A stretch of 64,000 nt of DNA from Haliotis cracherodii (GCF_022045235.1 NW_027266266.1:35340001-35404000); one strand, 5' to 3'; counted from the first letter of the stretch, positions 1-12,412 are shown. The notes: generated by a model not told the origin, from the letters alone. Translations and numbers: made by a program.

Positions 1-114
1 AATTGTGCCTCACTGCATCTATTTGGGGTTGACACCTCTAAATGTAGTATGACCAGAGAACACATGACTCCTTACTGGACTACTTGAGAAGCATCAGTTG
101 ATGTGTTGTTGCAG

Positions 115-231
115 GTGAAGCTGGAGGATGACCTGCACAGCTTGAAAGGAAAGGTCCAGTCTCTGCAGGTCGACCTAGACAACAGTGAAGCAGTGCAGAG
201 AGACTTTGTCAAACTCTCACAGTCTTTGCAG
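115..231 (+). CDS. RABEP1: Rabaptin-5-like gene, internal exon (C-terminal coiled coil / Rab5-binding region); gene starts upstream of window
   Basis: tgcag|GTG...CAG|gtctgt, 117 nt, phase 0-0. Translates VKLEDDLHSLKGKVQSLQVDLDNSEAVQRDFVKLSQSLQ, matching the Rabaptin-5 motif 'LD.SE.VQRDFVKLSQ.LQ'. Confidence 0.88.
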
Positions 232-1085
232 GTCTGTGTTATCCATCATTTGTCAAAAGTCACATACTAGACACTTGTAACTTAGGTCCTTGGTAACTGG
301 TGACGTTTCTTTACACAAAGTGATCCAGTAATCCAGCAGTTTCTTTGAACAGGCAAAATGACTATGGATATGTACTGGTAAGCCAGGATAAGTTGAGTTG
401 TGGCCTGACAATTAACCCTGGATGACTGAATGAGGTCCGCCCACTGACGTGTACCATTGTGAAGAAAGGGGTAGCTGTTGGTCTGCCACAAGTACTATGA
501 TACATATGTGCATGTCTCAGCTAAGAATCCTGGTATCGACTTGTCACATTGACTTCTTAATAGTCTTATGAGCAACACGTGTGTCCATGGGAGGGTAGTC
601 AATTTCATCGCCATGACTTGCACATGCTCAACATGTGTACACCCTCTCTACCTGTAACAAACCAAATATGTTAGCCCAACTTCTGTGCAGTGCCTACTTG
701 TCTCAAACGCGTTTTGTGATTTGGTTCAACTTATCCTGGATTACTAGTAGTTGATATAGATCTATTTAGGAAAGTCATCATGTAGCTTGGTAACAAAAGC
801 ACTAAATGTTTGACAACAATTAACAGAGTGTTCATCATTTTGATTGGATTCTGTTTGAAAAAATATAAATGAAGTTTTCTTTTCTATTTGTTTATTTGAA
901 TGGCACATTTCGGGTGAGTCATCGACACACATTAATTTCCTGATTTGCTGTATATTTGACATGATCTTCTTCTGTGCACCATAGAACTTGTCTGAGTTGC
1001 TTGCAGCTCCAGCAACACATCAGTACAGCTGCAGTATGTTTCATCCTTTGTGAGCCCGGATCAATTTTAGTACATATGTCCTCAG

Positions 1086-1196
1086 ATTCAGCTGGAGAAG
1101 ATTCGGCAGGCAGAGAATGAAGTGAGGTGGCAACATGAAGAAGATGTTGAAGATTGCAATAACTGTAAACAAAATTTCAGTGTCACTCGCAGGAAG
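1086..1196 (+). CDS. RABEP1: Rabaptin-5-like, penultimate exon (end of coiled coil, start of FYVE)
   Basis: ctcag|ATT...AAG|gtaaac, 111 nt. IQLEKIRQAENEVRWQHEEDVEDCNNCKQNFSVTRRK continues 'QLE.IRQA' of rabaptin into a FYVE start. Confidence 0.88.
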
Positions 1197-1259
1197 GTAA
1201 ACACCTTTACGTTTGGAGTCATTGAAAAATATATTAATAAGCATTTTCTCAATAGAGGC

Positions 1260-1450
1260 TTTTGTGGGGAGACATGCACCTTTGTCATAGACCTAAACCT
1301 CTTGATAGGCATTATGAAGTTAGTAGTTTATGGAGATAAATGTTTTATTGACATCACTTTCCTTGACATTTAGCTGACATTATAACTGAAATGTTCTATT
1401 GTTCAAAGCACTGTTCATTCAACTCACTCAAGCACTCACTCATTCACTCC
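1260..1450 (+). mobile_element. Degenerate SINE-C copy filling the last RABEP1 intron
   Basis: 'acatttagctgacattataactgaaatg..ttgttcaaagca..caactcactca' matches the 3' part of the copies at 11078 and 51991. The 5' boundary is approximate. Confidence 0.55.
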
Positions 1451-1467
1451 TGTCCCTTCTGTTGCAG

Positions 1468-1635
1468 CATCACTGTCGGCACTGTGGAAAGATATTTTGT
1501 AACGAGTGTACATCCAAGACAGTGCACAGCGGGCCCAACTTCAAACCTTCCAAAGTATGTGATGTCTGTCATACAATACTGGTGAAAGATGCCACGCCCT
1601 ACTTCAGCACAGAACCCCCGGCGACACCCGACTAG
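1468..1635 (+). CDS. RABEP1: Rabaptin-5-like, last coding exon (FYVE zinc finger)
   Basis: ttgcag|CAT; HHCRHCGKIFCNECTSKTVHSGPNFKPSKVCDVCHTILVKDATPYFSTEPPATPD*. The splice joins RRK+HHCR, the FYVE signature; TAG at 1633-1635. Confidence 0.9.
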   Translation, partial: HHCRHCGKIFCNECTSKTVHSGPNFKPSKVCDVCHTILVKDATPYFSTEPPATPD

Positions 1636-1732
1636 GGACATGTTTTAGCCTGTCTTACTTGATGTGGAGAAGTCCATTGCTCTATCAGAGTCCCAACTGT
1701 ACCATTACATTGTCTTACAGGATAGGGGCCAC

Positions 1733-1978
1733 TGGTGGCCCAGTCGCCTAAGGCACCACATTGGCCATGCAGAGTTGCCTCCCTTAGCCATGCTAGAATG
1801 TGATCATTGTGGGTTTGAATCACAGATTTGCCCAGATTATGATTCTTGTCAGCACTATGCCTGTGCAGGTGGGTTTCTCCAAAGTGATAAACTTCTAAGA
1901 TTTGAATCACTTTGGCCTTGCCTACCACATCAAGCTGTTACTCAGAGCAGTCTTATACCAAACTCATGCACTCACTCC
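1733..1978 (+). mobile_element. SINE-C (tRNA-like head, V-domain-like body, ACTC tail) in putative 3' UTR
   Basis: Head ggtggcccagtcgcctaaggc, agagttgcctccctt, B-box-like gggtttgaatc, gtgggtttctccaaagtg, ccacatcaagctg, tail cactcactc. Confidence 0.7.
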
Positions 1979-2015
1979 TACGGGATAGGATGAACAGGGA
2001 TACACAGAGATATAC

Positions 2016-3022
2016 CTTCTAAAAATCTAGCAGACTTTGGGGTCCGCTGCTGACATGGATACCCTTACCCCAATAATCTAGCAGACTTTGGGGTCCGCTG
2101 CTGAGACAGGGATAGACCTTACCTCAAGAATAGAGCAGACTTTGGGGTAAGCGGCTGAGCCAGGGATAGACCTTACCCCAATAATCTAGCAGACTTTGGG
2201 GTCGGAGGCTGAGACTTGGATAGACCTTACCCCAATAATCTAGTTCACTTTGGGGCCAGTGGCTGAGACAGGGATAGACCTTACCCCAATAATCTAGTTC
2301 ACTTTGGGGTCAGCGGCTGAGACAGGGATAGACCTTACCTCAAGAATAGAGCAGACTTTGGGGTAAGCGGCTGAGCCAGGGATAGACCTTACCCCAATAA
2401 TCTAGCAGACTTTGGGGTCGGAGGCTGAGACTTGGATAGACCTTACCCCAATAATCTAGTTCACTTTGGGGCCAGTGGCTGAGACAGGGATAGACCTTAC
2501 CCCAATAATCTAGCAGACTTTGGGGTCGGAGGCTGAGACTGGGATAGACCTTACCCCAATAATCTAGCAGACTTTGGGGTCGGGGGCTGAGACTTGGATA
2601 GACCTTACCCCAATAATCTAGTTCACTTTGGGGTCAGCGGCTGAGACAGGGATAGACCTTACCTCAAGAATAGAGCAGACTTTGGGGTAAGCGGCTGAGC
2701 CAGGGATAGACCTTACCCCAATAATCTAGCAGACTTTGGGGTCGGAGGCTGAGACTTGGATAGACCTTACCCCAATAATCTAGTTCACTTTGGGGCCAGT
2801 GGCTGAGACAGGGATAGACCTTACCCCAATAATCTAGCAGACTTTGGGGTCGGAGGCTGAGACTGGGATAGACCTTACGCCAATAATCTAGCAGACTTTG
2901 GGGTCGGGGGCTGAGACTTGGATAGACCTTACCCCAATAATCTAGTTCACTTTGGGGTCGGAGGCTGAGACTGGGATAGACCTTACCCCAATAATCTAGC
3001 AGACTTTGGGGTCGGGGGCTGA
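2016..3022. repeat. 54-bp minisatellite, ~18 copies
   Basis: Unit GGGATAGACCTTACCCCAATAATCTAGCAGACTTTGGGGTCGGAGGCTGAGACT; ggataga recurs at 2164, 2218, 2272 and onward. Confidence 0.95.
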
Positions 3023-5547
3023 GGGGCATTAACAGGAGAAGTCTCAGTGTAATAGACATCTTTGGCGAGAATGTCTTTTTTGAATATTTTGACATGTTTC
3101 CACTGTTTGAGCATGTGGTTATCCATTGGAGTTTTTGTTACTTTTGAGTGTAGGACACTGGTACATCTTGCCAAAGATCCAAGTTCTATTCTTTGAGTAC
3201 TTATGCTTGAAGACTGTTGACTGCAGTTCCATCTTAGTAAGTAAAGCCTCTAATAATGAAAGATATAATCTGACATAACAGAAGTCGAATGTCTGTAAGC
3301 TGTGTGTCTAGCAGACCTACCCTGAATATGGTGACCAGACCCCCTCCTGTGTCTGCAACAAGCTTCAGATCAGACATTGTGAACCTGGTGCCTCCTTGTA
3401 GCAGTGTGTGTATGAATATGTGTTTACAGGCAGGCTGTACAATATGTGAAGCATTCTCAAGGGTGAAATCTTGCTGGCCAAGATGGTAGGACCTTAAATG
3501 GCAAATAACATTTTCATGATTTGTCTATAACTGACATTTGCTTAACAAGTTATGAAGAACAGTTATGCCAGCTCTGTGCAAGTGGGTCCCCAGTACCCCC
3601 CTTGTCCTGTGATCTGACAACATGGCAAGCACTGACTGGATTGTGCTCATGCTATCAACTGCTGGTTAGTCTGGTCCAGACTTGATGACAAAGTCCAAGG
3701 TGATAAAGCTGTAATACTTCACATGCATCAACACTGGTGGACTCTCTACCAGCTCCTACAGTAATGGCTCTCAACTTTGTCCAGTCTCAGAACCAGCTGT
3801 CTGTGTTGGTCAGTCCAAGAAAATGTTATACTGACCCTGATATGACCTTGTACTCTCCACCTACTGTGATCTGTTATTTGTGTATATTTGTGTAAATAGC
3901 CCTCGCTCCTGTACATGCTCTGTGCACTTTTGTATATGGTCAGCTGTTGTTGTGATCGAGAACCATACTTGCCGTTCAGTCAATGTAACCATCTAGTCAT
4001 TGTGGGTACTTCATGGGTTTGTGCAATCCTCCATCACCCTTGAACATGTTCCACCAATAAACCAAGCCACCGCCTTCTTCCAGCAACATGGAGATCAGCT
4101 AAGATACCAAGACCAGAGTACTCTTCAATATCAAGCAATGGTAGGCTTCACGCAAAATTCCATGAGGGCTCATTTGACTTCCTGGTGAGTTGTACATTGA
4201 CCTGAAGTAGAAATGCATCACTAGGACACTGCGCATCTGTATTCAGTTGTGATGGAGGACTGTGATGTTTGTAAACCTGTATTGACAATGCATCCAAGAC
4301 AGAGGAAATGTTTCTTAGATATCACACTTTTAGTCCATAATGGCACATAGCGTCTTCATCTGTCAAACATTTCAGTGATTATTTGTCCTTCAAATATTAA
4401 AGTTGTTTGATCAGATTTTGAAAATGTGATACACGTGTTAAGTTGTATCTGAGTGAAGACAGTAAGTCATAATGTAGACTTGTAACGTAGAGTTTCTTGT
4501 AGAGTAGTAGAGGTCACTCATTCATCGTAGTTTGAGCGGTTTTCATAACTTGATTTATGGATTGGTTTCTGATCTAAAATACGAAATAGATACCTAGTGA
4601 GTTGCCTCCCTTGCTATGTCACGATTTTGAAGTTTATTCACTTACTAAAGTTTGTTATCAGAGTAGGAAGAAAAATATCTGTTCATAAATCTTTATTCCA
4701 CATATGTGAAACTGTGAGGTCAACAGATCCACAAACCAAGCAACTAGAAAACCTGCCATAGTTACATTGGTGCAATTTGATTTTGTTGATTTTGAAAGTT
4801 TGGTGCTTAACATACCCTTCTGTGACCAGATGCTGTAAGTATTGTCTACTATCTCATCAGTGGCTAATCACATTGTGCTCTGTATACATTTGGTGATATT
4901 CTGGAATATTGTATCAGAGTTTAGTAAATTAGACAGCACATGCTCATCAACACAATGTTCATCTTAGTTCAGAAGTGATTCTTTATTACATGTCCAAACA
5001 GAAAGGAAGGTTTGTGTGAGGTTGTGGCTGTCTGCCTGTCGACTGTCAACAGTCATTTTAAACATTTTGACATCCATGAAGAATACAGAAGGGATCAAAC
5101 TGTGATTGGAAAATAATTGATCAAAGAAATGGTGTGATGAAAGTTTATATTACAAGTTTCACTTTAATCCTGATCGATGTAGCGGCCATATTGAAAATGC
5201 TATGATTTACTTTGATCACTGATGTGTTGATTGATTATTCATTGGTTGAAGTTTGATTTTTTTTCCTTTTATATGTGTTCAGTATTATTAGAGAGAATTC
5301 CCCCAATTACTTGTTCATAACTTCATAACTTTTTTCTAAGCCAAGGATTTTGTAGCCTTAATATGTAATGACATCAATGTAGAACTTCACAAAATCTTGT
5401 GTGACTGGATTTATGCTTTGTAGATTGTGTTCCCCTAGCCATACCAGGAGCCACTAAAGATGGTTTAGTTTAATCGTGAATGTGAACCTTCGACTTCCAC
5501 TTGCGTCAGTGTCCATGATTGTGGTTTTCACCAGCAATGCATAACAT

Positions 5548-5754
5548 TTGAAAATCCCGGTTACAAATAGTCTTCAGCAACCCATGCTTGCCGTAAAAGG
5601 CAACAATCTGGATCAGGTGGTCAGACACACTGACCTGGTTGATGCATGTCATCGTATCCCAGTTGAGTAGATTGATGCTCATGATGTCAATCACTGGAAT
5701 GTCTGGTCCACACTTAATTATTTACAGACCGCCGTCAACAAACACACAAACAAA
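5548..5754 (+). mobile_element. SINE-B copy
   Basis: tcttcagcaacccatgcttgccgtaaaaggc...gatgcatgtcatcgtatccc...atgatgtcaatcactgg...tatttacagac, AAAC-rich tail. Confidence 0.8.
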
Positions 5755-7006
5755 AGCCTATCATTTGACTTTCTTTCCTCACTAAGCTGAGATGTAATAC
5801 AACTTTTGAAGCACTGTTAGGCCAAACACACTCTCTCCTTCACTCCCTCCCACCTATTATGTCCTTTGAATAAAGGCTTTTCTGCAGCTAGTTTAACCCT
5901 ATTTGTTATGATAAGATGAATCTGAAGTCAACAAGTTATGATGTAATGTCTTGTTTCAAAGGTAGCATTATGTGTTACAACTGATGCAGGTTTTTCACAG
6001 TTTCTGATTAAAGTAGTTAGTTTCTTCATCATTTATTTCTTTTTAATATTTTACAAATATTTGTTAACAGAAAAAATGAAACGTGAAAACATGGTCAGGG
6101 TTGATTTGGGGTAAATTTCCTGAATAAATTAATGAAACAGTGAATTTATTAAAGAAGATTATTTTGCAGTGAAACAGTATTTGTAAATGTATTTGGTGGT
6201 ACATTGCTCATTTTTACAGGGGTAGGGGTTCCAGAGGATTTTGATGCACTAATGTACTGAAAATAATGACCCGCCCCTAATGCTTGTCATATTTTCTATT
6301 TTTGGAAGCCCTTCCCATGTCATTGTGCATTTTATTTCATGACCTTCCCTGAATAGAAAAAATGCAAAGTACTTAAATTACAACATGTTTTATTTATGCA
6401 ATGTTCATTTTTTGATGACCCTCCACAAATATGTGTACTATATTTGGTGACCCTCCCCAGATTCCCTCTGACCCACCAACCCCAGTAGTAAATGGCCCTC
6501 AGTAGAGAAAAGAACACTTTTTTATCTGGCTCAAACATATTGACCCATCTCTTTTCCATTTGTAATGACTGTAGTTGGTAGTGTGTTAAACAGAATAAGT
6601 GTCAGCAATGTGTTTACAGGTGCACAAACCATCAAATATTCTTCAAGGTACAGGCATTTTTATGTCATATTTTCTTTCAAGAACTTTATGGTTCATGCGT
6701 GGCAGGGCTGTAGGGTGGTGAAGTTAAAACGAATGTTATGAGAACAATAATGTGTTTTACATCTATGTATATTTTGGGTTCGTGAGTGTTTTCAGTTCTG
6801 TTTTTGCCAACTACTCAATCAGGTTGTAAATGTCTGAAGTGGGTCGGCAGTGAATGGGGGATGTATGAGTAGCTTCAGTATTATTTATTTCTGTACATAC
6901 TAGATAGACTTCAACCTTCTCATGGATGTATACAAGAATATGCTACGTTTGTACAATACTTTGGACAGAATTTGATATATGTATGGGAACTACGTAACTA
7001 TGCTTA

Positions 7007-7432
7007 TACACCTGGCATGTGGATGTCTTCACACCTGGCCTGTGCATGTCTTCACACCTGGCAAGCAGATGTCTTTACACCTGGCCTGTGGATGTCTTCA
7101 CACCTGGCCTGTGGATGTCTTCACACCTGGCATGGGGATGTCTTCACACCTGGCCTGTGCACGTCTTCACACCTGGCCTGTGGATGTCTTCACACCTGAC
7201 CTGTGCATGTCTTCACACCTGGCAAGCAGATGTCTTCACACCTGGCCTGTGGATATCTTCACACCTGGCAAGCAGATGTCTTCAAACCTGGCATGTGGAT
7301 GTCTTCACACCTGGCCTGTGCATGTCTTCACACCTGGCCTGTGGATGTCTTCACACCTGGCAAGCAGATGTCTTCACACCTGGCAAGCAGATGTCTTCAC
7401 ACCTGGCATGGGGATGTCTTCACACCTGGCAT
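7007..7432. repeat. 23-bp minisatellite, ~18 copies
   Basis: Unit TGTCTTCACACCTGGCCTGTGGA with variants (..GGCAAGCAGA..). Confidence 0.95.
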
Positions 7433-7894
7433 GCCGATGGTGTATTGTATTGTTGATGCATAATGCTTTTGATAAGTTAGTGTTCCATCATTCGTTTATT
7501 GTTTCAAGTAACTATTTGTTATCCTCAACAATATAACTCCTTAAGTCTGCTTTCTGTCGTGTTCAGTTCCAGGATGTGACACTCTACTAAAGCACTACAT
7601 GGTGTAGAAAGCTTCAATGAAACACAAGCATTCATTCCATTAACTGTAACTATGGTAACATGCATTCTAAATCCAAAACTTTTTTTTTTCAAATTGTTTT
7701 TGTTTAAAGAAACAAAACAGAACCAAGATTTTATTTGACCTACCTGTCAGGTAAACAGATTTGAATGTGTTTATTGCTGCAGTTTGAATACTACACCTAC
7801 AATGAGGCCCTGCCCAGGGCCCGGCAGGAATCAGGGGACTTCTGCCAAGGTTAGGACAAGGACTGGTTCACTTTCATTCTTCATTCAGATTGGG

Positions 7895-8068
7895 GGGCAG
7901 TCGGGTAGCCTAGTGATTAAAGCGTTCACTCATCACGACGAAGACCCGGGTTCGATTCCCAACATGGATACAATGTGTGAAGCCCATATCTGGTGTCCCC
8001 CCGCCGTGATATTGCTGGAATATTGCTAAAAGCGGCGTAAAACCATACTCACTCACTCACTCACTCAC
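7895..8068 (+). mobile_element. SINE-A (tRNA-derived head, (ACTC)n tail), young copy with TSD
   Basis: A box TAGCCTAGTG, B box GGTTCGATTCC, tail gctggaatattgctaaaagcggcgtaaaaccat(actc)n. 14-bp TSD tcattcagattggg at 7881-7894 and 8069-8082. Confidence 0.9.
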
Positions 8069-8079
8069 TCATTCAGATT

Positions 8080-8232
8080 GGGCGGTGGGGTAGCCTTCGC
8101 TCGTCATGCTGAAAACCTGGGTTCGATTCCCTGCATGGTTACACTGTGTGAAGCCCATTTCTGGTGTCCCAAGCCGTGATATTGCTGGAATATTGCTAAA
8201 AGCGGTGTAAAACCATGCCGACTCACTCATTC
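8080..8232 (+). mobile_element. SINE-A, second tandem copy with deleted A-box region
   Basis: gggttcgattccc...gtgtgaagcccatttctggtgtccc...gatattgctggaatattgctaaaagcgg. Confidence 0.85.
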
Positions 8233-8707
8233 ACTTCAAACAGAGGAGTTTCACCAACATCTAAGATCTGTACAACATTGACCTTTTCCTATACTGATAT
8301 GCTATGACTAGTCTTCACTCCATCTGTCTAGAACTGATAAAACGGATAAATGCTTTCTTACTTTGCAAAGAGTTCTGATAATTAACCACAAAATTGCATT
8401 CCCAATACGGAAGAGAGTATGTTTTTTTGTTTAGCACTGCAGGAAGAGCTGAACTCCTGTACAGTTTCACATATTCCCTATACATCGGCTTACTTCCTCA
8501 TCACTCATGCTTCTAAAAGGTATTGGATCAATGGCTATAGTTGAATACTATTAGGTGGTTGAAAGGGTTTTACTTGATGGTCTTTACAGGAAATAAACAC
8601 TCTTCCCTTGTCAGTTGAGGGGTCCTGGTGTATCAGAATGTTCGCATCAAGTTCAAAATGAGCATTGTGAATAATATTTCATTTTGATGTATTTGTTAGA
8701 AGAGGAT

Positions 8708-8941
8708 ATGTGTCACCAAATTGTATAAGGCGATGCATTTTGCTATGCAGAGTTGCATCCCTTTGCTACGTCAGAAACCTATGATCATGGTTTCAAATCC
8801 CAGACTGGACTGGAGCTTTTCTAGGTTTCTGTCAGTCCTATACCTTTGATTTCAGCTCAGTGCATCACCTTCCTCCCACATGAAGCTGACATGCCATGAT
8901 AAAACTGAAATCCTGTTCAGGTCAAACTTGCTCACTCACTC
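8708..8941 (+). mobile_element. SINE-C copy
   Basis: gcagagttgcatccctt, ggtttcaaatccc, ttcctcccacatgaagctgacatgccatgataaaactg, ctcactcactc tail. Confidence 0.65.
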
Positions 8942-10494
8942 TTAGTAAATTATTGATTTGAAGTGAGGTCTGAGTGTTAAGTGGTGGTGGTAACCTACCT
9001 GGTAAATTCGCTGCACTGTGGTCTTGCCATGAGTTGGCTGATGGATCTGTCTGTTATTGGTTGGATTCCATCATGATCCTTGGTTTGCCAGCACCACACC
9101 CATGACCAAGTGGTAAACGTCTCTGACCTGTGTCTGTTTGGACCTTATGCCCACATTAATCTGACAGCGATATAACTATTCACAACATTTGTGTCAAACC
9201 AGTCTTACTCACATAGGGTGCAATTTTAACAAGAAAAATTTGCTTTTGCCAAACTATTTTATCTTATGTCATTCCTATCAACATTACTGACTTAATTGCA
9301 AAAATAAGCATCTCTGCTTTGACTGAAATATGATGTGATCATTACTATCTAATGTCTGTCTACAACACTAGCCGCCTGGAAGGCCCACATCCCGTTTCAG
9401 CTTCTGCTCCAGTTCACCTATTGTACAACCAGGGTTATGTTTCACATGTGCCTTAACCTCTATGAAGAGTTAGGGGTAATCTTGTAAGAACATGTGACCT
9501 CCAAAGAGAAGAAGTGCAAAACAGATCTTACCTATTTGCTGTGTGTGGTACACTTGCCCCACTGAGGAGAGAAATGGACATGGTGATGTCACTGATGCCA
9601 CTGGGTCCAGGGCATTTATCACGGCAGAATGGAGATATGATACACTCCAAAATCAAGGATTTTCTCAAAGTGATGTCAAACCTCACTGACTGAACAAAGT
9701 GACATGTTGAACATAGCCCTGGTAGCCATGCTGTGGGGTGTGATCATGGCCCCTTTCTAGTAGTGATGTTATCATTGATGTTAGATATACATGTACTGCA
9801 TTTATTTATAATTTATTTCTTCATGGACAATTGTTGTTTTAGCCACCTTGCTTTCTGAAGTCTTTCAATTCAACATGCAATGTTGATTTTATGAACTTGT
9901 TGACAATAACATATTGCAGTGACTGTGTTTGCCACACAAAGTTCACTTTTACTAGTTGTCCCTATCATCCCTATGTTGAGGAAATAGCAAGATTGTCATG
10001 TACAGGTACAAATGTAGTCTCTCAATTCTGTGGACAAATAGCAGTTGTAGAGAAAGTAATGATTTGAGTAGCTCTCTGTTCTGCTACGTGTTCTTGACAC
10101 TGTTAGTGTGACCATCAACCTGTGTTTGAATATCACACCATGGTCTGTGAATAAAACTATTACAATCTCTATGTGTTTGCCAGCTTCTTTGTTAGAGACC
10201 AGTCAATGATTGGAAACAGATGAAATTGAGTTTGGTGACCTACACACTGTAACCTGTGATTGGTCAGTAACTTTTGTATGTACAAATTATCTTCTGCAAT
10301 CTTTATGAGACCCCAGTATCTGTCTGAAGAGAAATATTCACCAACTTCTAACTTTGGAAACCGTTTAGGTATATGTTGTTGAAATAATCTTCAAAAAAAG
10401 TATTATCAGCACAAACTTGTTTTAAAACAATATGAGAAATGTTGGTTTAAATTTATTCGCAGTTTTACATATTAAACCATCTTCACCAACAGCA

Positions 10495-10900
10495 ACACCT
10501 TCTGGTGGCTGAAAGAATCAACACCTGTTGGGTGATAATGTCAACATCTCCCATGTGATAACATCAACACCTACTGGTGGCTGAAAACATCAACACCTGT
10601 TGGGTGACAATGTCAACACCTCCCATGTGATAACATCAACACCTAATGCTCGGTGATAACATCGACACCTGCTGGGTGATAATATAAACACATGTTGGGT
10701 AAAAATGCCAACTGCTGTCAGGTGATAACATCAACACCAATTTTCATATGATAACACTGACACCTGCAGATAACCTTTAACATCAACTGTCATGATCACA
10801 TAGACACCTTCAGCTAACATTGACACTGTCATATGATCACATAGACACCTTCAGCTAACATTGACACTGTCATATGACATCAACACCTGCAGATAACAAC
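10495..10900. repeat. Degenerate tandem repeat (ACATCAACACCT-based) plus a ~43-bp direct duplication
   Basis: Recurring 'taacatcaacacct' and 'gggtgataa'; atgatcacatagacaccttcagctaacattgacactgtcat occurs twice (10792-10873). Confidence 0.75.
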
Positions 10901-11077
10901 AACACTAAATGTCATTGCAGGACATCAACTCAAATACTTTTGAAGGTCTCTCATGACCTCTCGTGGGGAATGGAAAAATGGGTCTTAGCCTTACGAAGCG
11001 AACACTTTAACCACTTAGCTACTCCACACTGTCAAAGGACATCGAAGTACCAATGCAGCTAACAGATGGTAGAGCAT

Positions 11078-11345
11078 GGGTGGCCCAGTTATCTGAGGCA
11101 CTGCAATTCACTGTGCAGAGTTGCATCCCTTGGTCATACCAGAAACCTTTGGTCCTGGGTTCGAATCTCGTTTGGCCCGATTATGTTTCTAGGTTTGTCA
11201 GTACAATACTGGTGCTCGTGGGTTTCACCAAAGTGGTAAACGTATGAGACCTGCGTCACTTTGGGCTTTTCTTCCACATTAAGCTGACAGGTCGTTATAT
11301 AACTGGAATACTGTTCAAAGCAGCCATAAAACCCAATTCAATCTC
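11078..11345 (+). mobile_element. SINE-C, near full-length
   Basis: gggtggcccagttatctgaggc...agagttgcatccctt...GGGTTCGAATC...tgctcgtgggtttcacc...cttccacattaagctgac...ggaatactgttcaaagc. Confidence 0.75.
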
Positions 11346-12099
11346 TGACTGATGGTGCAACTATGCTGTTCAAGGCTACTCTCATCATCTGACTCAAGAC
11401 TTGTCAGGGTTGGGATTGTTTATCTCCCACCATCGCGCTTGTGGGTTTTACCAATCAGATCAACCAGGTACATTGCCCTGGGCTTTGCTCACGTAGGTCA
11501 GACCCCACAAAAATGCAAAGGCTTTAACCCAAACTCACTCACCAATCAGTTTAGGGCACAGGCACTGGGTGAACATTGTGACTAGCACTAGCAACCATGC
11601 ATGGGACTTTATCTTTCTCACAATGCGCGTGGTTATGAAATGAATTAATCATCATCAACATTTACAGCAGAGTGTATGAAAGGGACTGGTCATGTATCAT
11701 CAGGAGAGGAGAAAAATTAAAGTGTGTGCGTGCGTAAGTGCATGCATGCGGGTCGTCCACTCAAAGATTCCTGCTTTTCACATGGTGTGCCATGGCGTGA
11801 GATGGGTAGGGATTCGGGAATTAAGGCCGTAAGTGCAGCAGACGCAACGACAATTCAGCTGTCCTATTGTCATTACGTGAAGCGTTCAGTACACCTCACA
11901 TGTCTTTGTTAGTCCCATAGATGTGCGCTGATGTAACCCCTTCAGGGAGACTCGAGACACGTGCACATGAATTAGGTACTGTGTTGAAACTTGTTATTGT
12001 TTTCTGGCACCATCGAATATCCAGGATCTCCTTTCTATTGTGACATATATTCTATAGCCATTCGCTACGATTGCTTCTTTTTGAGCACACGATTCGAAT

Positions 12100-12347
12100 G
12101 ACCCGCGAAGATCCGGGTTAGAACAGATCTTCAGCAACCCATGCTTGTCGAAATAGGCGGCTATGCTTGTCGATGCGGGATAGGGTGGTCGGGTTCGCTG
12201 ACCTGGTTGATGCATGTCATCGTTCCCAATTGCGTGGATCAATCTCATGATGTCAATCACTGGATTGTCTGGTCCAGACTCGATTAGTTACATACCGCTG
12301 TCATATAGCTGGAATACTGCTCAGTGTGGCGTTAAACAACAAACAAA
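12100..12347 (+). mobile_element. SINE-B, full-length
   Basis: Starts gacccgcgaagatccgggttagaacagatcttcagcaaccc; ends gctggaatactgctcagtgtggcgttaaacaacaaac. Confidence 0.85.
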
Positions 12348-12412
12348 GCAGTGTTAAACCCATCTCACTCACTCACGCACTCATTGCAAGTTCACCCCGC
12401 TGGTCTTTATTC

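Noticed and set aside
6972-7536. Cys/His-repeat ORFs (likewise 2664-3095, 21442-21927, 29502-31522, 37672-38503)
   Set aside because: All coincide with tandem repeats.
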